64,000 nucleotides of DNA from a bacterium (lineage in GTDB: Bacteria > Patescibacteriota > Patescibacteriia > Patescibacteriales > JAKAJF01): positions 349 through 64,348 of the forward strand of contig JAJYLD010000005.1 of the NCBI GenBank assembly GCA_021788015.1. The letters are read 5' to 3'. The position numbers and the translations under genes are program-made. This document shows, one piece after another, positions 9,051 through 17,532 of this stretch. The notes under the pieces were generated by a model, which saw only the letters and a list, made by a program, of their open reading frames with translations, did no database searches and had not been told where the DNA came from. The stretch's first letter is position 1, and each line of letters opens with the position of its first letter.

Positions 9051-10565
9051 ATGACTCTTGATGATTTAAAAAAATTAAACATCCCCGTTACTTCCGGTTC
9101 CTACCAATTCTATGATCAGGATGGAAAACTGTTATATGTCGGCAAGGCGGCCAATTTGAAAAACCGCGTTTTTTCATATTGGTCTAAAGGCGCGACGCAT
9201 ACGCCGGCGAAGTATTCCATGCTTAAAAAAATAGAAAAGATAAAATGGATCGAGACGGAAAGTGAAATCGAAGCCTTGCTTCTCGAATCCAATTTGATCA
9301 AAAAACATCAGCCGCCTTATAACGTCGCCATGCGCGATGATAAAAGATATTTGTACATAAAAATTTCTACCGAAGACGAGATTCCCGGGATTTTTGTGAC
9401 GCGAAAAATAGACAAGAGCGGAAAATATTTCGGGCCGTTCGTAAGCGCTTTGGCCGTTCGGGAAACACTTAAAGCCATCCGTAAACTTTGGCCGTATTGC
9501 AACATGCGCAAGACGCAAAAAAAGGCTTGCCTTTATTACCAAATAAATCTTTGTCTCGGAGTTTGCAAGGGGTTGATTTCGAAAAAAGAATACATGGACA
9601 GAGTGATTAAGCCGATAATTTTATTTCTTGAAGGGAAGAAAAGAAAAATAATAAAAAATTATGAAGCGAGAATCAAAAATTTAGAATCAAGAATTGGGAA
9701 TCAGGAATTATGGCTTGAGAAAAATAAAAAAGATAATTCAAAATTTCCGCCCAAGACGGATCAGTCCCAAGCTGACATGATTTATGATTCTAAAAAATTG
9801 GAAAATATGCAATCGGAATTGACGCGTTTAAAATTTCAACTTTCAAATATTCATCGCGTGCTTGAACACGCCAAAATTTTGGGTCTCGGCGAAAAATACG
9901 TAAATGATACGGTGGAATTGGCAAAACTTCTGGGTTTAAAGAGGGTGCCGGAAAGAATTGAGGGTTACGACATTGCCAATATTTTCGGTCGAGAAGCGGT
10001 TGGCTCAATGGTGGTTTTTCGGAATGGTGAACCGGACAAAAATGAATATCGAAAATTCAAAATCAAAATGGGCCAAGGAAAGGCGAATGATGTCGGCATG
10101 CTGAAAGAAATTTTGGAAAGAAGATTTAAACATACCTCATCCCCAACCCTTCTCCGCCCCTCCCCAACCCCTCTCCTAATTAGGAGAGGGATAAAGGGTG
10201 AGGCAGAGGAGAGGTGGCCCCTTCCCGATTTGATTATTATTGATGGCGGCAAAGGGCAATTGAATGCCGCTCTTTCCGTTTTTAAAAAAACAAAATTGGA
10301 TATTCCGGTGCTCGCCGTTTCCAAAGGTTCAGCCCGTGAAATCCCTTGGCTCAGGCCAAGGGAAGCGAAGCCTATTTCACGGGCCAGGGGACTAAGGTCG
10401 GCGATCGCTCCGGACAAATTATTTTTTCCAGGCGAGAAAAAACCGCTCGAATTGCCGCTCGCTTCGCCGGCTCTGCATCTTGTCAAAAGAGTGCGCGACG
10501 AGGCGCATCGCTTCGCTATCACTTATCATCGGAAGTTAAGAAGTAAAAATAGATTGTTGAATTAA
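9051..10565 (+). CDS. uvrC: Excinuclease ABC subunit C
   Basis: GIY-YIG N-terminus (YQFYD...LLYVGKAANLKNRV), DGGKGQLN, and a C-terminal RDEAHRFAITYHR motif. Confidence 0.9.
   Translation: MTLDDLKKLNIPVTSGSYQFYDQDGKLLYVGKAANLKNRVFSYWSKGATHTPAKYSMLKKIEKIKWIETESEIEALLLESNLIKKHQPPYNVAMRDDKRYLYIKISTEDEIPGIFVTRKIDKSGKYFGPFVSALAVRETLKAIRKLWPYCNMRKTQKKACLYYQINLCLGVCKGLISKKEYMDRVIKPIILFLEGKKRKIIKNYEARIKNLESRIGNQELWLEKNKKDNSKFPPKTDQSQADMIYDSKKLENMQSELTRLKFQLSNIHRVLEHAKILGLGEKYVNDTVELAKLLGLKRVPERIEGYDIANIFGREAVGSMVVFRNGEPDKNEYRKFKIKMGQGKANDVGMLKEILERRFKHTSSPTLLRPSPTPLLIRRGIKGEAEERWPLPDLIIIDGGKGQLNAALSVFKKTKLDIPVLAVSKGSAREIPWLRPREAKPISRARGLRSAIAPDKLFFPGEKKPLELPLASPALHLVKRVRDEAHRFAITYHRKLRSKNRLLN
10135..10217 (+). 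repeat. GC-rich palindromic unit (family C) in frame in uvrC
   Basis: cctcatccccaaccc...cccctctcctaattaggagaggg...gaggtgg encodes SSPTLLRPSPTPLLIRRGIKGEAEERW, just before the conserved PDLIIIDGGKGQ. Confidence 0.65.
10332..10384 (+). repeat. Second nested palindrome in frame in uvrC
   Basis: GCCCGTGAAAT CCCTTGGC tcag GCCAAGGG ...ATTTCACGGGC. It encodes AREIPWLRPREAKPISRA between VSKG and LFFPGE. Confidence 0.55.
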
Positions 10566-10623
10566 TCCCCGAGTCAAGGTATGATAAAAATAGGAAAATA
10601 AATATAACTTTTGGAGGTTTGCC

Positions 10624-10848
10624 GTGGCCATTAGTTTAAACAGAAGGATAGGTACGCTGAAGGGTTTTTGGGAAAAGGAAAAAGGAAAAGAAGGGAAAGG
10701 ATTTTTAAAAACGGTTTTGTCCATTCCGTGGGAAGTCGCGGACAGTCTTTCTGAAGATGAGTTACGGCTTGTGAAAATTATTTTTTTTCTCCCGCTTTTT
10801 TTGGTAACTTTGTTCTTTCATTTTATAGCCCCGCTTATTAATTTTTAG
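10624..10848 (+). CDS. Small protein with C-terminal TM segment (hypothetical)
   Basis: GGAGG SD then a GTG start. Hydrophobic tail IIFFLPLFLVTLFFHF. A stem-loop with T-run (CCCGC...GCGGGTTTTT) overlaps the stop. Confidence 0.3.
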   Translation: MAISLNRRIGTLKGFWEKEKGKEGKGFLKTVLSIPWEVADSLSEDELRLVKIIFFLPLFLVTLFFHFIAPLINF

Positions 10849-10866
10849 GCGGGTTTTTAATTGCTC

Positions 10867-10904
10867 TTGACATTTATTTTTTTTGTGATATTGTATTAAT
10901 ACAA
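10867..10904 (+). promoter_or_regulatory. Promoter-like TTGACA-16-TATTGT overlapping a 14-bp perfect palindrome TTGTATTAATACAA (candidate operator)
   Basis: -35 at 10867-72, -10 at 10889-94, palindrome at 10891-10904. It lies 20 nt upstream of the TrpR/YerC-like gene. Confidence 0.45.
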
Positions 10905-10924
10905 TAATACAGAAATCAAAATCT

Positions 10925-11230
10925 ATGAATAATAATAAACTGGAAAGTTTATACAAAGCCTTTTTATCCTTAAAATCGGTTTCGGAACTTAGGGCCTTTT
11001 CTCGCGATCTTTGCACGCTCGAAGAACTTAAGGAAATGGCGGAGCGATGGGAAATCGCGAGATTGCTGAACAAAGGCATGACTTATCGCGAAGTCGCGAA
11101 AAAGTTAAATGTTTCGACGACTACGGTGGCCCGGGTCGCTTTTTGGCTGAATAACGGCGAGGGGGGATACAAAATCGCTTTGCGAAAATCAGCCCGCCAT
11201 CACACATCTTCTTTTGAGAAGAGGTTGTGA
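10925..11230 (+). CDS. TrpR-related YerC/YecD-family DNA-binding protein
   Basis: LCTLEELKEMAERWEIARLL..GMTYREVAKKLNVSTTTVARV...NNGEGGY matches the B. subtilis YerC pattern as recalled. Confidence 0.75.
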   Translation: MNNNKLESLYKAFLSLKSVSELRAFSRDLCTLEELKEMAERWEIARLLNKGMTYREVAKKLNVSTTTVARVAFWLNNGEGGYKIALRKSARHHTSSFEKRL

Positions 11231-11325
11231 CGGTATTTGTGTTAAAAATATTTTTACGACTCCTTCTCGAAAAAGAAGGGGTTTTGTTTTACGAAACCAT
11301 TGTTCCTTGTAAAGGAGAAAAAGAC

Positions 11326-11739
11326 ATGAAAAAAGAAAAAAGATTGCTCGAAGAGGGGACGGAGTTGCGGATCGATCTTGGCAAGATAAAAAATATTCAA
11401 CACGAGGTCGTTCCGGCCGCGGTCCAGGATTGGCGAAGCAAAGAAGTGCTCATGATCGGATACATGAACGAGGCGGCGCTTAGAAAAAACTTGTCTGAAA
11501 AAATTCTGACTTTCTTTTCGACTTCGAGAAACAAGCCTTGGACAAAGGGGGCGACTTCCGGCAGCATGTTTCATGTTCACGAAATAAGAACAAACTGCGA
11601 ACAGAATTCTCTCCTTATAATAGCGGAAGCGACTGTTCCGGAAAAAGGAATTTGCCACACGAAAGCAAAAGGTCAATTCCGCCGGACCTGTTTTTATAGG
11701 AGGATTGATTTTAAAACGGGGAAGCTGGAAAAAATTTAA
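11326..11739 (+). CDS. hisI: Phosphoribosyl-AMP cyclohydrolase
   Basis: AAVQD...VLMIGYMNEAAL, SRNKPWTKGATSG, CEQNSLLI and CHT..RTCFYR motifs. AAAGGAG SD before ATG 11326. Confidence 0.75.
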   Translation: MKKEKRLLEEGTELRIDLGKIKNIQHEVVPAAVQDWRSKEVLMIGYMNEAALRKNLSEKILTFFSTSRNKPWTKGATSGSMFHVHEIRTNCEQNSLLIIAEATVPEKGICHTKAKGQFRRTCFYRRIDFKTGKLEKI

Positions 11740-11744
11740 GTATA

Positions 11745-11775
11745 AAGCCGAACGAATGACATTCGGCTTATTTTT
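11745..11775 (+). terminator. Intrinsic terminator after hisI
   Basis: AAGCCGAA cgaatgaca TTCGGCTT followed by a T-run. Confidence 0.75.
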
Positions 11776-11777
11776 AT

Positions 11778-11811
11778 ACCTCACCTCAGCCCTCTCCTAG
11801 ACAGGAGAGGG
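11778..11811. repeat. Family C palindromic unit, intergenic copy
   Basis: acctcacctcagCCCTCTCCTagacAGGAGAGGG. Confidence 0.7.
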
Positions 11812-11822
11812 TTTATTCTTAT

Positions 11823-11851
11823 TTGACATAAATTTCCAATTTTGGTTAAAT
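11823..11851 (+). promoter_or_regulatory. Promoter-like TTGACA-17-TTAAAT upstream of leuCD
   Basis: -35 at 11823-28, -10 at 11846-51. Confidence 0.45.
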
Positions 11852-11979
11852 AAAAAAATTCGGACTTTAAAAGGTCTGAAATTTTGGCCTTTGAAAATAT
11901 AAAATTCATCAGAAAAGAAAAAGGAGGAAAAACGAGAGCAGATTTTTTGAGAGTAAAAAATTTGGAAAAGGAGATGAAG

Positions 11980-14058
11980 ATGGCAGGAAAAACAGCTTTT
12001 CAGAAGATTATCGACGCGCATTGTGTAAAGGTTCTTCCGGCGGACGGAAGAATGGTTCTCAAGCCCGACCGGGTTTGGGGGCATGAGATTACCCCTCCGA
12101 TCGGCATCCTCGACGCGAAAGAGAAAGGGATCGATGTTGTCTTTAATCCAAACAAGATAAAGATGATGATCGATCATGTTAATCCCCCGAAAGATACGGA
12201 TTCAGCCGTACAAAGGAAGATTTGTTATGACTGGTCCGGAGAACATGGAACAGAATTTCTCGATACGGGACGAGGAGGGGTTTGCCACGTTGTTATACCG
12301 GAAAACGGATGGATACTGCCCGGCGAGATCGGTATCATGCCTGACAGCCATACTTGCACGCATGGCGCGTTTTGCGCTTTCACGGCAGGTATAGGTACGA
12401 CAGAGTTCGAAAATGCGTATATCACCGGACTCTGGGTCTGCCCGCCTCAAAAAGTCATTCGCGTCAACTTTACAGGCAAGTTGCCTGCGAACGTTTTCGC
12501 GAAAGATCTTATCCTGGCGCTGATCTCATATATCGGGGTCAGGGGCGCGACCAATGCCGTACTTGAATTTGGCGGCCCGGTTATTGAAGCCATGAGCATG
12601 GAAGCAAGGATGACGATGACTAACATGGCCGTCGAGGCAGGGGCAACCTCAGGGATGATGATGGTCGACAAGAAGACCGTTGCATATCTCAGAGAGGTTT
12701 TAAAAAACTTCTATAATGAGGATGCCCGCGATGACCAGATACTCGCCGACCTCGAAAGATGGAACAGCGACCCGGACGCCGAGTACGGCCAGGTGATTAA
12801 TATAAACGCGACCAACATGGTCCCGATGATCACTTATGGGCACTCTCCTGCCGAGGTTATCAGTACAAAAGGTTTCAACCCCGTCTATAAAACTTACGAA
12901 GGATCGATATTGGTCGGCACGGAGAAGGAGATTATAGAAACAAATATTTTTTCCCTGGAAGAGAAGAAGGTGGATCAGGTGTATATCGGCTCTTGCACGA
13001 ACGGCAGGATCGAAGACTTACGGATCGCGGCCGGCATTTTCGCCGAGACCAAAGGCAGAGTGGCGGATAGCCTCCGCTGCATTGTCGTTCCGGGCAGCCA
13101 GCGCGTTTACAACCAGGCGCTCGATGAAGGGCTTCTAAAAATTTTCGCGGAAGCGGATTGCTTTGTGGCCGGGCCTACCTGCGGCGCTTGTTTAGGCATG
13201 TCCTGCGGAGTGCTCGCTCCCGGAGAAGTCTGCGTTTCGACCACGAACCGTAACTTTCCCGGACGTATGGGCAAGGGCGGAATGGTTCATTTAGCTTCGC
13301 CGGCAACCGCTACTCTAACCGCAATCAAGGGCGCAGTCGTCGAACCGGATCTGGAGCTTTGCGCTTCCGTTCTTAAAAAATACGTGCATCCGTTTCCGTC
13401 GGCAGCGGCGCATCCGACCGGCTGGACCGATCACGAAGTTCCGGTTATCGACTATGCCAAGCTTGCGGCTAAAGTAGCGGAGATGGCGTCGTCATCGATG
13501 GATTTTTCCGGAGAGGTATTTTGTCTTCCGGTAGATAATGTTGACACCGACCAAATCATTCCGGCTCGGTGGTTAAACAAAGTCGAAAAAAAATTTTTCG
13601 GCGAGCATTTACTTGAGGACGCGCCGATTTCTCCGGAGGACAGGCCCAAACTTCAGCGGGTGCGGATACTGGTGGGCGGCGAAAATTTCGGTTGCGGATC
13701 TTCGCGGGAAATGGCGCCTATGGCCTTCGAAGCGGCCGAGATCAGATGCATAATCGCGCCGAGCTTTGCCCGCATCTTCGAGAACAACATGTTCGCGAGG
13801 GGATTGCTCTGTATTACGCTACCGAAAGCTGATACCGATGAGTTGATGAGAAAAAGACCTGATAGTTTGGGAGTTGATCTCAATGGAGATGGAAATAAAG
13901 GATATGTATGTTGGGCAGAAAACGCAGCAGGAATCTGCGTGTCTCAGGTATATGAATTCAACATTTCCGATTACCAGAAAGAGCTCATCCGCAAAGGCGG
14001 CAGTACGGGCGTAATGCTCGAGCTCGCGGCCGAGCTGCAGAAGGAAGGCAAACTGTAA
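11980..14058 (+). CDS. leuCD: Fused 3-isopropylmalate/citramalate dehydratase large+small subunit (aconitase family LeuC-LeuD fusion)
   Basis: N-terminal part has DSHTCTHGA and GSCTNGRIEDL. C-terminal part has DNVDTDQIIPA and GENFGCGSSRE (LeuD swivel). AAGGAG sits 6 nt before ATG 11980; ATG 11974 is also possible. Confidence 0.8.
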   Translation: MAGKTAFQKIIDAHCVKVLPADGRMVLKPDRVWGHEITPPIGILDAKEKGIDVVFNPNKIKMMIDHVNPPKDTDSAVQRKICYDWSGEHGTEFLDTGRGGVCHVVIPENGWILPGEIGIMPDSHTCTHGAFCAFTAGIGTTEFENAYITGLWVCPPQKVIRVNFTGKLPANVFAKDLILALISYIGVRGATNAVLEFGGPVIEAMSMEARMTMTNMAVEAGATSGMMMVDKKTVAYLREVLKNFYNEDARDDQILADLERWNSDPDAEYGQVININATNMVPMITYGHSPAEVISTKGFNPVYKTYEGSILVGTEKEIIETNIFSLEEKKVDQVYIGSCTNGRIEDLRIAAGIFAETKGRVADSLRCIVVPGSQRVYNQALDEGLLKIFAEADCFVAGPTCGACLGMSCGVLAPGEVCVSTTNRNFPGRMGKGGMVHLASPATATLTAIKGAVVEPDLELCASVLKKYVHPFPSAAAHPTGWTDHEVPVIDYAKLAAKVAEMASSSMDFSGEVFCLPVDNVDTDQIIPARWLNKVEKKFFGEHLLEDAPISPEDRPKLQRVRILVGGENFGCGSSREMAPMAFEAAEIRCIIAPSFARIFENNMFARGLLCITLPKADTDELMRKRPDSLGVDLNGDGNKGYVCWAENAAGICVSQVYEFNISDYQKELIRKGGSTGVMLELAAELQKEGKL

Positions 14059-14114
14059 AAATCACAAAAGGCCGTTTCGAGAGAGGCGGTCCAAAAAAAC
14101 ATGGAGGGCAGAGA

Positions 14115-15197
14115 ATGAACATTGCCGTGATCGAAGGAGACGGGACAGGACCGGAAGTCATAGCGGAAGCAAAAAAAGTAATGGAAGCTGCTTGTGAATC
14201 CAGTTCGGAAGGCAGGCTGGAATTTTTCCATTACGATCTGGGTGGAGCGAGGTATCTTAAAACCGGCGAGCTTTTGCCGGAAAGTGTTTTGCAGGAACTG
14301 AAAGAGTATGACGCCATTCTTCTCGGCGCAATCGGGCATCCGGACGTAAAGCCGGGTATTCTCGAAAAAGGTATACTGCTCGCAATCCGGTTTGGATTGG
14401 ACCAGTACATAAACCTGCGGCCGGTCAAGTTATACCCCGGCGTATATTGCCCGCTTAAAGACAAGGGGCCGGACGACATTGATTTCATAATCATCCGCGA
14501 GAACACGGGTGGCATCTATACGGGCCATGGCGGCGTAACGCATAAAGGTGAACCCGATGAAGTCGCCACTCAGGAAATGATTTATACGCGTCCCATGGTG
14601 GACCGCTGTCTTGAGTTTGCCTTCAGCCTGAAAGAGGACCGTAATAAAGAGAACCCCGCATGTTCTCAGAAACCCCTGCATCTCGTGCACAAGACAAATG
14701 TCCTGACCAACTGTGGTGACCTCTGGAATAGGGCGTTTGAAACCATGGGGGCAGACCTTTACCCTTCGGTCTGGCGCGTCTACGCCCATGTGGACGCGAC
14801 CACGATGTGGATGATAAAAAACCCGGAATGGTTCGACGTGATCGTGACCGAGAATCTTTTTGGAGACATCATTACCGATCTCGGCGCTATGATCCAGGGC
14901 GGCATGGGAATCGCCGCCGGTGGAAATATTAACCCGGGAGGCATTTCGATGTTCGAACCGATCGGGGGATCGGCGCCTAAGTATGCTGGCCAGAACATTA
15001 TTAATCCTTTGGCCGCCATTTGTGCTGGCGCGATGCTGCTCAGATATTCCGGCGCGGAGGTTGATACCGAAGCGGCCGATCGCATCGAGGCCGCAGTGAA
15101 AAAAGCGCTCGGCGAAGGCTATATAAGAAGCCTTGCCGCCGGGCAGATGGGAATGTCGACTTCCGAGGTTGGCGATCTCGTTTCCAAGTTCGTTTAA
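14115..15197 (+). CDS. leuB: 3-isopropylmalate dehydrogenase family (LeuB-like beta-decarboxylating dehydrogenase)
   Basis: IAVIEGDGTGPEV, NLRPVK, IIRENTGGIYTG, NLFGDIITDLGA and GSAP motifs. Confidence 0.8.
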   Translation: MNIAVIEGDGTGPEVIAEAKKVMEAACESSSEGRLEFFHYDLGGARYLKTGELLPESVLQELKEYDAILLGAIGHPDVKPGILEKGILLAIRFGLDQYINLRPVKLYPGVYCPLKDKGPDDIDFIIIRENTGGIYTGHGGVTHKGEPDEVATQEMIYTRPMVDRCLEFAFSLKEDRNKENPACSQKPLHLVHKTNVLTNCGDLWNRAFETMGADLYPSVWRVYAHVDATTMWMIKNPEWFDVIVTENLFGDIITDLGAMIQGGMGIAAGGNINPGGISMFEPIGGSAPKYAGQNIINPLAAICAGAMLLRYSGAEVDTEAADRIEAAVKKALGEGYIRSLAAGQMGMSTSEVGDLVSKFV

Positions 15198-15206
15198 AGA
15201 ACAACA

Positions 15207-15240
15207 AAGCCGAACGGTTTATCCGTCCGGCTTATTTTTT
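15207..15240 (+). terminator. Intrinsic terminator after leuB
   Basis: AAGCCGAACGG tttat CCGTCCGGCTT plus T-run. It begins AAAGCCGAACG, as does the hisI terminator. Confidence 0.75.
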
Positions 15241-15303
15241 TATCCAAAATTACTAGCGCGTACTTCAAAACATCATAAAAAGTACATAAGACGAAGATAA
15301 ATA

Positions 15304-15452
15304 AACGCTTCGCTAGGAGTTACTTTCTTGTAACCAAGAAAGTAACCAAAGAAGTTTCGGGGGCTCCAATTCGCTATCACATTGATTTATCTTTAAACTC
15401 TCTTGCTCTGACGCTCAATTTCGCCCCCAAACCCCATTGGTGTTTTGAATAC
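15304..15452. repeat. Family B repeat, copy 1 (about 150 nt)
   Basis: The first ~80 nt (aacgcttcgctaggagttactttcttgtaaccaagaaagtaacc...gggggctccaattcgc) are identical to 34465-34544. The remainder is similar but diverged. Confidence 0.8.
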
Positions 15453-15514
15453 GAAATATTTTTTTACGATCTATACCTGTCTGCTGGCAGTAGGCTGGAT
15501 TAGAGAGGAAATTT

Positions 15515-17386
15515 TTAAACGATGCTTTCATGTAGTTTCGCTTTGATTGTTTTCGGAGTGATGTTATGTTCTTTATTATAATCTTCCTGAATTTTTCGGC
15601 GTCGTTTCGTTTCATTGATAGCATAGCGCATGGCCGGCGTTATCATGTCCGCGTACATGATTACGTGTCCCTCGACATGGCGGGCGGCGCGACCCATTGT
15701 CTGAATAAGTGAAGTTTCATTACGTAAAAATCCGGACATGTCCGCGTCCAAAATGGCAACGAGTGAAACCTCCGGCAAATCGAGCCCTTCGCGCAGAAGA
15801 TTGACGCCGATCAAAACGTCGTATTTGCCTTCGCGCAGATCGCGGAGAATGTCGACGCGCAATAATGTTTCCACTTCGCTATGGAGATATTGCACTTTAA
15901 TATTCTGCTCGTTCAAAAAATCGGAAATTTCTTCGGCCATTCTTTTGGTCAAGGTCGTGACTAACACTCTTTGCTTTTTCGCGACGCGCAAATTTATTTC
16001 TTTAATCAAGTCCCGGATCTGATTCTGCGATGGCCTGATTTCGATTTCCGGATCGAGAAGTCCGGTCGGGCGAATGAGCTGCTCGACTACTTGCTTTGAA
16101 TTTCTAATTTCGTAATCCGACGGCGTGGCACTTACGTAAACAATCTGGTTTATTTTATCATTAAACTCTTCGAAATTGAGCGGGCGGTTGTCTTTTGCCG
16201 AGGGTAGGCGGAAACCGAAATCAACCAAAGTTTGTTTGCGCGATTGGTCGCCCGCGTACATGCCGCGAACTTGCGGAACGGTGACGTGCGATTCGTCGAT
16301 AAAGGTGATAAAATCTCCGGGCCCGCCTCGCGTCGACGAGCCTCTGCGAGTCGAGGCGGGAAAAAAATCAAGCAAGGTCGCGGGCGGAGAGCCGGCCGGC
16401 CGGCCAGAGAGATGGCGGGAATAGTTTTCAATGCCGTTGCAATACCCGACCTCTTCAATCATTTCCAAATCGTAATTCGTTTTTCTTTCAAGTCTTTCCG
16501 CTTCGACGATTTTATTTTGTTTTCTTAATTCATTCAGTCTGTCGCGCAATTCCTCTCGAATGGTTTTAAAAGCTTTTTTCATTCTCGCTTCCGGAGTCAT
16601 GTAGTGCTTTGCCGGGAGAATGGTAATGTCTTTGAGTTTATGAGCATGACCTTCTACGCCCCCCTTAATAAATGGGGGTAGGGGGGATTTATTCGAGGCG
16701 CCCGGATTAATCGAGTTAATATAAATTTTTTCAATATAATCTCCAAACATATTTATCCTGACAATGGCTTCGCCCGTCGCGAGATGAATATCGATATTTT
16801 CGCCGCGCACCATGAATGTGCCGCGCCTGAATTCGATTTCGTCGCGCGTATATTGGATTTTGACCAATTCTTTCAATAAGTCGTTACGTTTTATTTTTTG
16901 GCCGACTTGGTAATGTTTGCCCATGGCTTCGTAATCTTCCTTTTCGCCCAAGCCGTAGATACAGGAAACGCTGGCCACGATTAAAACGTCTTTGCGGTTG
17001 ATCAACGACTGGGTGGCGGCGTGACGGAGGCGATCGATTTCTTCATTGATAGTCGCTTCCTTTTCGATGTAAGTATCGGTCTGCGGAACGTAGGCTTCCG
17101 GCTGGTAATAATCATAGTAAGAGACAAAATAATGGACCGCGTTTTCCGGAAAGAATTGCCGGAACTCGCCGTAGAGCTGGGCGGCGAGAGTTTTGTTATG
17201 TGAAATCACCAATGTCGGTTTTTGGATTTTCTCGATTGTCTTGGCCATGGTGAAAGTTTTCCCCGAACCGGTTACGCCGAGAAGAGTTTGATCGCGATAG
17301 CCTTTTTTAATTCCTTCCACCAGTTTTTTGATGGCACCAGGTTGATCCCCTGTTGGCTTAAATTTTGAATGGAGTTTGAAATTCAT
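15515..17386 (-). CDS. uvrB: Excinuclease ABC subunit B
   Basis: [10 protein letters not shown] Walker [14 protein letters not shown], helicase motifs and C-terminal tail. Confidence 0.95.
   Translation of the reverse strand: MNFKLHSKFKPTGDQPGAIKKLVEGIKKGYRDQTLLGVTGSGKTFTMAKTIEKIQKPTLVISHNKTLAAQLYGEFRQFFPENAVHYFVSYYDYYQPEAYVPQTDTYIEKEATINEEIDRLRHAATQSLINRKDVLIVASVSCIYGLGEKEDYEAMGKHYQVGQKIKRNDLLKELVKIQYTRDEIEFRRGTFMVRGENIDIHLATGEAIVRINMFGDYIEKIYINSINPGASNKSPLPPFIKGGVEGHAHKLKDITILPAKHYMTPEARMKKAFKTIREELRDRLNELRKQNKIVEAERLERKTNYDLEMIEEVGYCNGIENYSRHLSGRPAGSPPATLLDFFPASTRRGSSTRGGPGDFITFIDESHVTVPQVRGMYAGDQSRKQTLVDFGFRLPSAKDNRPLNFEEFNDKINQIVYVSATPSDYEIRNSKQVVEQLIRPTGLLDPEIEIRPSQNQIRDLIKEINLRVAKKQRVLVTTLTKRMAEEISDFLNEQNIKVQYLHSEVETLLRVDILRDLREGKYDVLIGVNLLREGLDLPEVSLVAILDADMSGFLRNETSLIQTMGRAARHVEGHVIMYADMITPAMRYAINETKRRRKIQEDYNKEHNITPKTIKAKLHESIV
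16657..16700 (-). repeat. Family D palindromic unit in frame in uvrB
   Basis: + strand reads cgccccccttaataaatgggggtaggggggatttattcgagg. On the coding strand it encodes [17 protein letters not shown], in a loop that is about 15 aa shorter in E. coli UvrB (recalled). Confidence 0.6.
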
Positions 17387-17481
17387 GATTTTATTGAGGC
17401 TGACTTGCCCCGTAGCGGAGCAAAGCGACTGCTACTGGGGTCTCCCGTGGGTTTAAATTTTGAGTGAAGTTTGAACGGCAT
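17383..17481 (-). other. 32-codon upstream ORF duplicating the first 14 codons of uvrB; its TGA overlaps the uvrB ATG
   Basis: [14 protein letters not shown]... versus uvr[15 protein letters not shown]. Seven synonymous third-position differences. The stop is part of ATGA at 17383-17386. Confidence 0.35.
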
Positions 17482-17532
17482 ATTTGAAATAGTTTAACAC
17501 AAATTTAAAAATAAAAAAAGTGACCATTTTGA

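Noticed and set aside
9965-10522. Long antisense ORFs inside large genes, such as 9965-10522, 25395-26045, 36639-37286, 41883-42413 and 51107-52042.
   Set aside because: They lie opposite genes with clear family motifs. They have no SD and biased, low-complexity composition.
11227-11325. Longer hisI start overlapping the yerC stop.
   Set aside because: There is no SD and the N-terminal peptide is hydrophobic and non-homologous. AAAGGAG precedes ATG 11326.
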